A stretch of 50,148 nucleotides of DNA from the IMG/VR virus record IMGVR_UViG_3300025030_001570, positions 1 through 50,148 of that record; one strand, 5' to 3'. The notes below the pieces were generated by a model. It had not been told where the DNA came from, ran no database searches, and saw nothing but the letters and a program-made list of their open reading frames with translations. A program made the position numbers and the translations under genes. Positions 47,398 through 50,148 of this stretch are shown one piece after another; the first letter of the stretch is position 1; every line of letters starts with the position of its first letter. This DNA is from a virus (lineage: Duplodnaviria; Caudoviricetes).

Positions 47398-47529
47398 ATG
47401 GTTCACACAGGTTCTTACAAAGGTAAGGCCAGCCGTAAAGTTCCCAAGAAGAAGAGAGGAACTAAGGCTGGTCACATGATGGCCGAAAAGCAGATGCGTA
47501 AGATGATGAAACGCAGAATGCACAAATAG
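47398..47529 (+). CDS. Small highly basic protein, 43 aa
   Basis: MVHTGSYKGKASRKVPKKKRGTKAGHMMAEKQMRKMMKRRMHK; preceded by GTTATACT. Confidence 0.55.
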   Translation: MVHTGSYKGKASRKVPKKKRGTKAGHMMAEKQMRKMMKRRMHK

Positions 47530-47538
47530 GAGGATTGT

Positions 47539-47661
47539 ATTCCCTTTAAATCAACCCGTCAAAGACGTTTCATGTTTGCAAAACACCCCGCCATTGCCAA
47601 GCGATGGGCTAAAAAGTATGGATCAAAGATCGTGCCTAAGAAAAAGAAGAAAAGGGTCTGA
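47539..47661 (+). CDS. Small basic phage protein (PFKS..QRRFMFAKHP type), ATT start
   Basis: (I)PFKSTRQRRFMFAKHPAIAKRWAKKYGSKIVPKKKKKRV; SD AGGAGG; resembles small phage proteins that begin MPFKS. Confidence 0.6.
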   Translation: MPFKSTRQRRFMFAKHPAIAKRWAKKYGSKIVPKKKKKRV

Positions 47662-47662
47662 C

Positions 47663-47710
47663 ATACTACATGTAGTGGTTGACACTACTCTAAAACACAA
47701 CATCTTGTGT
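47663..47710. promoter_or_regulatory. Tandem NrdR-box-like palindromes
   Basis: ATACTACATGTAGTGG (47663-47678) and ACACAACATCTTGTGT (47695-47710), centres 32 bp apart. Confidence 0.6.
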
Positions 47711-47861
47711 CAAGATAGAACTTTATCCTAATACATCAATCAATCACTTTTAAAAATCCGCCGTTTTATTTTTTATGCACTATAATATCTCCTAAGAGGT
47801 AGAGAGTAAGAAAGCCTTTAAGACCAAAAACTAGAATATAGACCCCCGTGAGGGGGTTGTT

Positions 47862-48101
47862 TTATTCAGAACAACCACAAGTAAATATTTTATGTTTCTT
47901 ACACAGAGTTTTCCTAAACGCAACTTTATTAATAGGAAGCTGGGCTTCCCCCGACTCCACTAAAACATCTTCTTTGTTTTGTTTCTTATCAGGAACAATA
48001 CTCTTTTTTACGTGTTTGTTTCTCCTGTACCGCATCTTATGAGCAGGGTTACAAAAACGCACGCCAGCTATTTGATTACTGCACCAATCACAAAATATCA
48101 T
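47862..48101 (-). CDS. Cys/His-rich Zn-binding protein
   Basis: MIFCDWC...RFCNPAHK..., C-terminal CKKH...CGC. Confidence 0.55.
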   Translation of the reverse strand: MIFCDWCSNQIAGVRFCNPAHKMRYRRNKHVKKSIVPDKKQNKEDVLVESGEAQLPINKVAFRKTLCKKHKIFTCGCSE

Positions 48102-48279
48102 GTTTGTTACTCGTAGGTAACTATAGAGTATAAATACGTTACTGTCAAGTAACAAATAATTGAAAAATATTGAGTATTTTGGTGAGGGTGTTTACCTCTT
48201 ATAAAATAAATTACAAAAGGGTGTATGGGGGGGTATAAGCCCCACACGTCGCACAATATGCATTGTACGATGTATCAAT

Positions 48280-48756
48280 TTATCTTGTCTTCTCAATTCT
48301 TTTTAGAAGTTCTTGGTTACTCTCTTGTATCAATCTAAGCTCTTCTTTAAGCTCATCTATATCCTTGTTATGGTAGCCTTGATCTAAGTTAAGGTTAGCT
48401 TGCAGTCTCTTTTGGGCTGGGAATCTATCCCTAAGCTCATTTATCAATCTAATAGCAGCGACAGCGTGTCCGGCATTGGCTTGGTCATAGTTTTGCTCTG
48501 CGGCTTCAATTAGCTTGCGTAGAGAAGTATCAGTAAACTTACTTCCCAATCCTACAGCCTCCAACTCCTTCTCTACTTGTCTTATTACTTGAGGTTTTCT
48601 GAGGTTTTCCATTGCTATGTGAGCAGCTACATCATCATTCTTTGGGTTATACGCTTTAATTGCACTTTTAGTTCCATTACCTTTACTTCTCACATATTCC
48701 CTTGCAAAAATAGTTTGTTTCAAGGTTGGTTTAGTTATTTTCTTTTGCTTCACCAT
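48280..48756 (-). CDS. terS: Terminase small subunit
   Basis: TLKQ..FAREY....GNGTKSA..AY.......A..IA.ENLRKP HTH pattern. Confidence 0.8.
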   Translation of the reverse strand: MVKQKKITKPTLKQTIFAREYVRSKGNGTKSAIKAYNPKNDDVAAHIAMENLRKPQVIRQVEKELEAVGLGSKFTDTSLRKLIEAAEQNYDQANAGHAVAAIRLINELRDRFPAQKRLQANLNLDQGYHNKDIDELKEELRLIQESNQELLKRIEKTR

Positions 48757-48913
48757 TCTAACCTAAATTATAACATATTTTTTGGTTAGCTTCAGCTGTG
48801 AAGCCCTGAAATGGCCTATGCGGCGTTTTTATTAGCTTGGGGCACATTATATACCTTGTTAAATTGTGTTATCTATTGTTATCCTATAGCAAAAAGTCTT
48901 TGTTAAAAAACAC

Positions 48914-48942
48914 TTGACAATTAGTTATCTATTGTATACAAT
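48914..48942 (+). promoter_or_regulatory. Strong sigma70-type early promoter
   Basis: TTGACA, 17-nt spacer, TACAAT. Confidence 0.75.
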
Positions 48943-49125
48943 TGTATTGTAGTATTGAGAGATTAAAAGAACCTTAAAACCTTTACTCTTTGATCGCTGG
49001 TCTGAAGCAAGTCTGGTTGACTTGTAAGAGCTGAAGATCAACTCTTCAAGCGTTTAAGATCAGCGACTAGAGAATAACGCACTTTAATAGCTTTATACAG
49101 GACTAGCAGAAACGGAGATTAAAAT

Positions 49126-49323
49126 ATGCAAAAAGATTATCACGCACGCATATTAACAGCAGTTAAACCAAAGGAGTGGATTAAGTTTAGTGATATTACC
49201 AAGAGATTAAAATTAAACTCTTATGGTAGCACTTCAACGCATTACTACAGAGCTTGGCTGGATTTGTTAGCAAGTGGCAGATTTCAAGAGTCAATTGATG
49301 GAACTTTTAGGATCAACCAATAA
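49126..49323 (+). CDS. Small winged-helix-like early protein
   Basis: 65 aa; GGAG SD; flanked by an inverted repeat. Confidence 0.6.
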   Translation: MQKDYHARILTAVKPKEWIKFSDITKRLKLNSYGSTSTHYYRAWLDLLASGRFQESIDGTFRINQ

Positions 49324-49470
49324 TTATAAACCGCTAGTCTTGTATCAAGTTATTAAAATTGCTGGGTGCTTTTGAGTATAAAACGTTAAATGGGGGCAAT
49401 CTAAGCTCGGCCTCACAGCCCAGTACTGCACTTTAAAAGTTAAATACTGGTTAGAGTAGAAAGACAACAT

Positions 49471-49890
49471 ATGAGAAACTATGGTGGACAAGGTTGGGAA
49501 GGTAGTAAATACCAAAAAACTGAGAACTTAGACGTTGTTGAAATTGCCAAGCTAGTAAAGAAAGAAGCACAAGCTAAATTTCCAACAATAACAATTAGTG
49601 TCAGTACACAAAAGTTTGCAGGTGGGTGTTCAATAGAAGTCAGAATCAACAATGTGGATTTTGAAATCTATTCCCCAGAATTCAAAGAATACAATAAAGG
49701 GTCAAGAGATCACTTTTTCGAAGGCGAATGGTACAACGAAAAAGCAAAAGAGGTTTTGCAACAACTAAAATCCATTGTCAATCAATACCGCTATAACGAT
49801 AGTAATGGAATGATTGACTACTTCGACACCAATTTCTATTCGGGTGTTGATTATGCCTACAAGTTGCAACAAAGCCAATTAGCAAGCTAA
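49471..49890 (+). CDS. Early protein, LPD29-like polyvalent-protein domain (recalled, unverified)
   Basis: IAKLVKK....KFP...ISV....FAGG.SI.V...Y.Y..S.GMIDYFDTNFY. Confidence 0.55.
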   Translation: MRNYGGQGWEGSKYQKTENLDVVEIAKLVKKEAQAKFPTITISVSTQKFAGGCSIEVRINNVDFEIYSPEFKEYNKGSRDHFFEGEWYNEKAKEVLQQLKSIVNQYRYNDSNGMIDYFDTNFYSGVDYAYKLQQSQLAS

Positions 49891-49974
49891 ATCTTACGGG
49901 TGCTGATACTCGTAAGATTGTCAGCACCAATTATTATTAAATCTCTAGCCAGTATTTAGTTTTTAAAGGAAGCT

Positions 49975-50091
49975 ATGAACAAACTAAACGTCTTAACAAT
50001 ATTAGTCTTGATTATAATTATCTATCTATTTACTCAAATATCGGGCATAGAACACCTATGCACCGATGTGATTGGGGGTGAATGTGTCTAA
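49975..50091 (+). CDS. Small membrane peptide spanning the terminal repeat, 38 aa
   Basis: MNKLNVLTILVLIIIIYLFTQISGIEHLCTDVIGGECV; AAAGGA SD. Confidence 0.55.
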   Translation: MNKLNVLTILVLIIIIYLFTQISGIEHLCTDVIGGECV

Positions 50092-50148
50092 TTTTCAAGA
50101 AGAGGCGAAAGTGGAAGTTACTTTATTGAATCAGTATCTGAAACCCTT
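50000..50148. repeat. Terminal direct repeat / circular-assembly overlap, right copy
   Basis: 148 of 149 bases identical to 1-149. Confidence 0.95.

Noticed and set aside
1-50148. tRNA genes or stop-codon reassignment
   Set aside because: No cloverleaf recognised by eye; genes are full length in code 11 and TAA, TAG and TGA all terminate genes

Overview
This window is an apparently complete, circularly assembled tailed-phage genome of about 50.0 kb: bases 1-149 recur at 50000-50148 with one mismatch. It has a podovirus-like layout with no tape-measure gene. The + strand early/middle region (about 48.9 kb through the junction to 8 kb) encodes small membrane and Zn-finger proteins, a Cas4/RecB-like nuclease, a pentapeptide-repeat protein, a C5 DNA methyltransferase with an overprinted second ORF, an SLT-like enzyme and an Hjc-type resolvase. 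TerL and portal are on + (43.3-46.9 kb) and TerS is separate on -. A long - strand late region (42.4 to 8 kb) runs scaffold, capsid, decoration proteins, a 12 kb glycan-synthesis cluster, giant fibre proteins, lysis genes, adaptor, nozzle and probable ejection proteins. The most striking feature is an inferred self-contained, mucin-like virion O-glycosylation system. Four structural proteins carry nearly pure Ser/Thr tracts (about 21 to 590 residues) with shared start and end motifs. Beside them are 6 glycosyltransferases, one with polypeptide-GalNAc-transferase (GT27)-like motifs, plus nucleotide-sugar enzymes, 4 methyltransferases, an SGNH enzyme and an amidotransferase. Other notable features are tandem NrdR-like boxes without an RNR gene, early ORFs enclosed by 25-26 bp RNA stems, repeated promoters that would give near-leaderless transcripts, and ATA/ATT start codons. 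The host is probably a peptidoglycan-bearing bacterium using code 11; CPR/Patescibacteria is only an inference. All calls come from reading motifs by eye, with no database searches.
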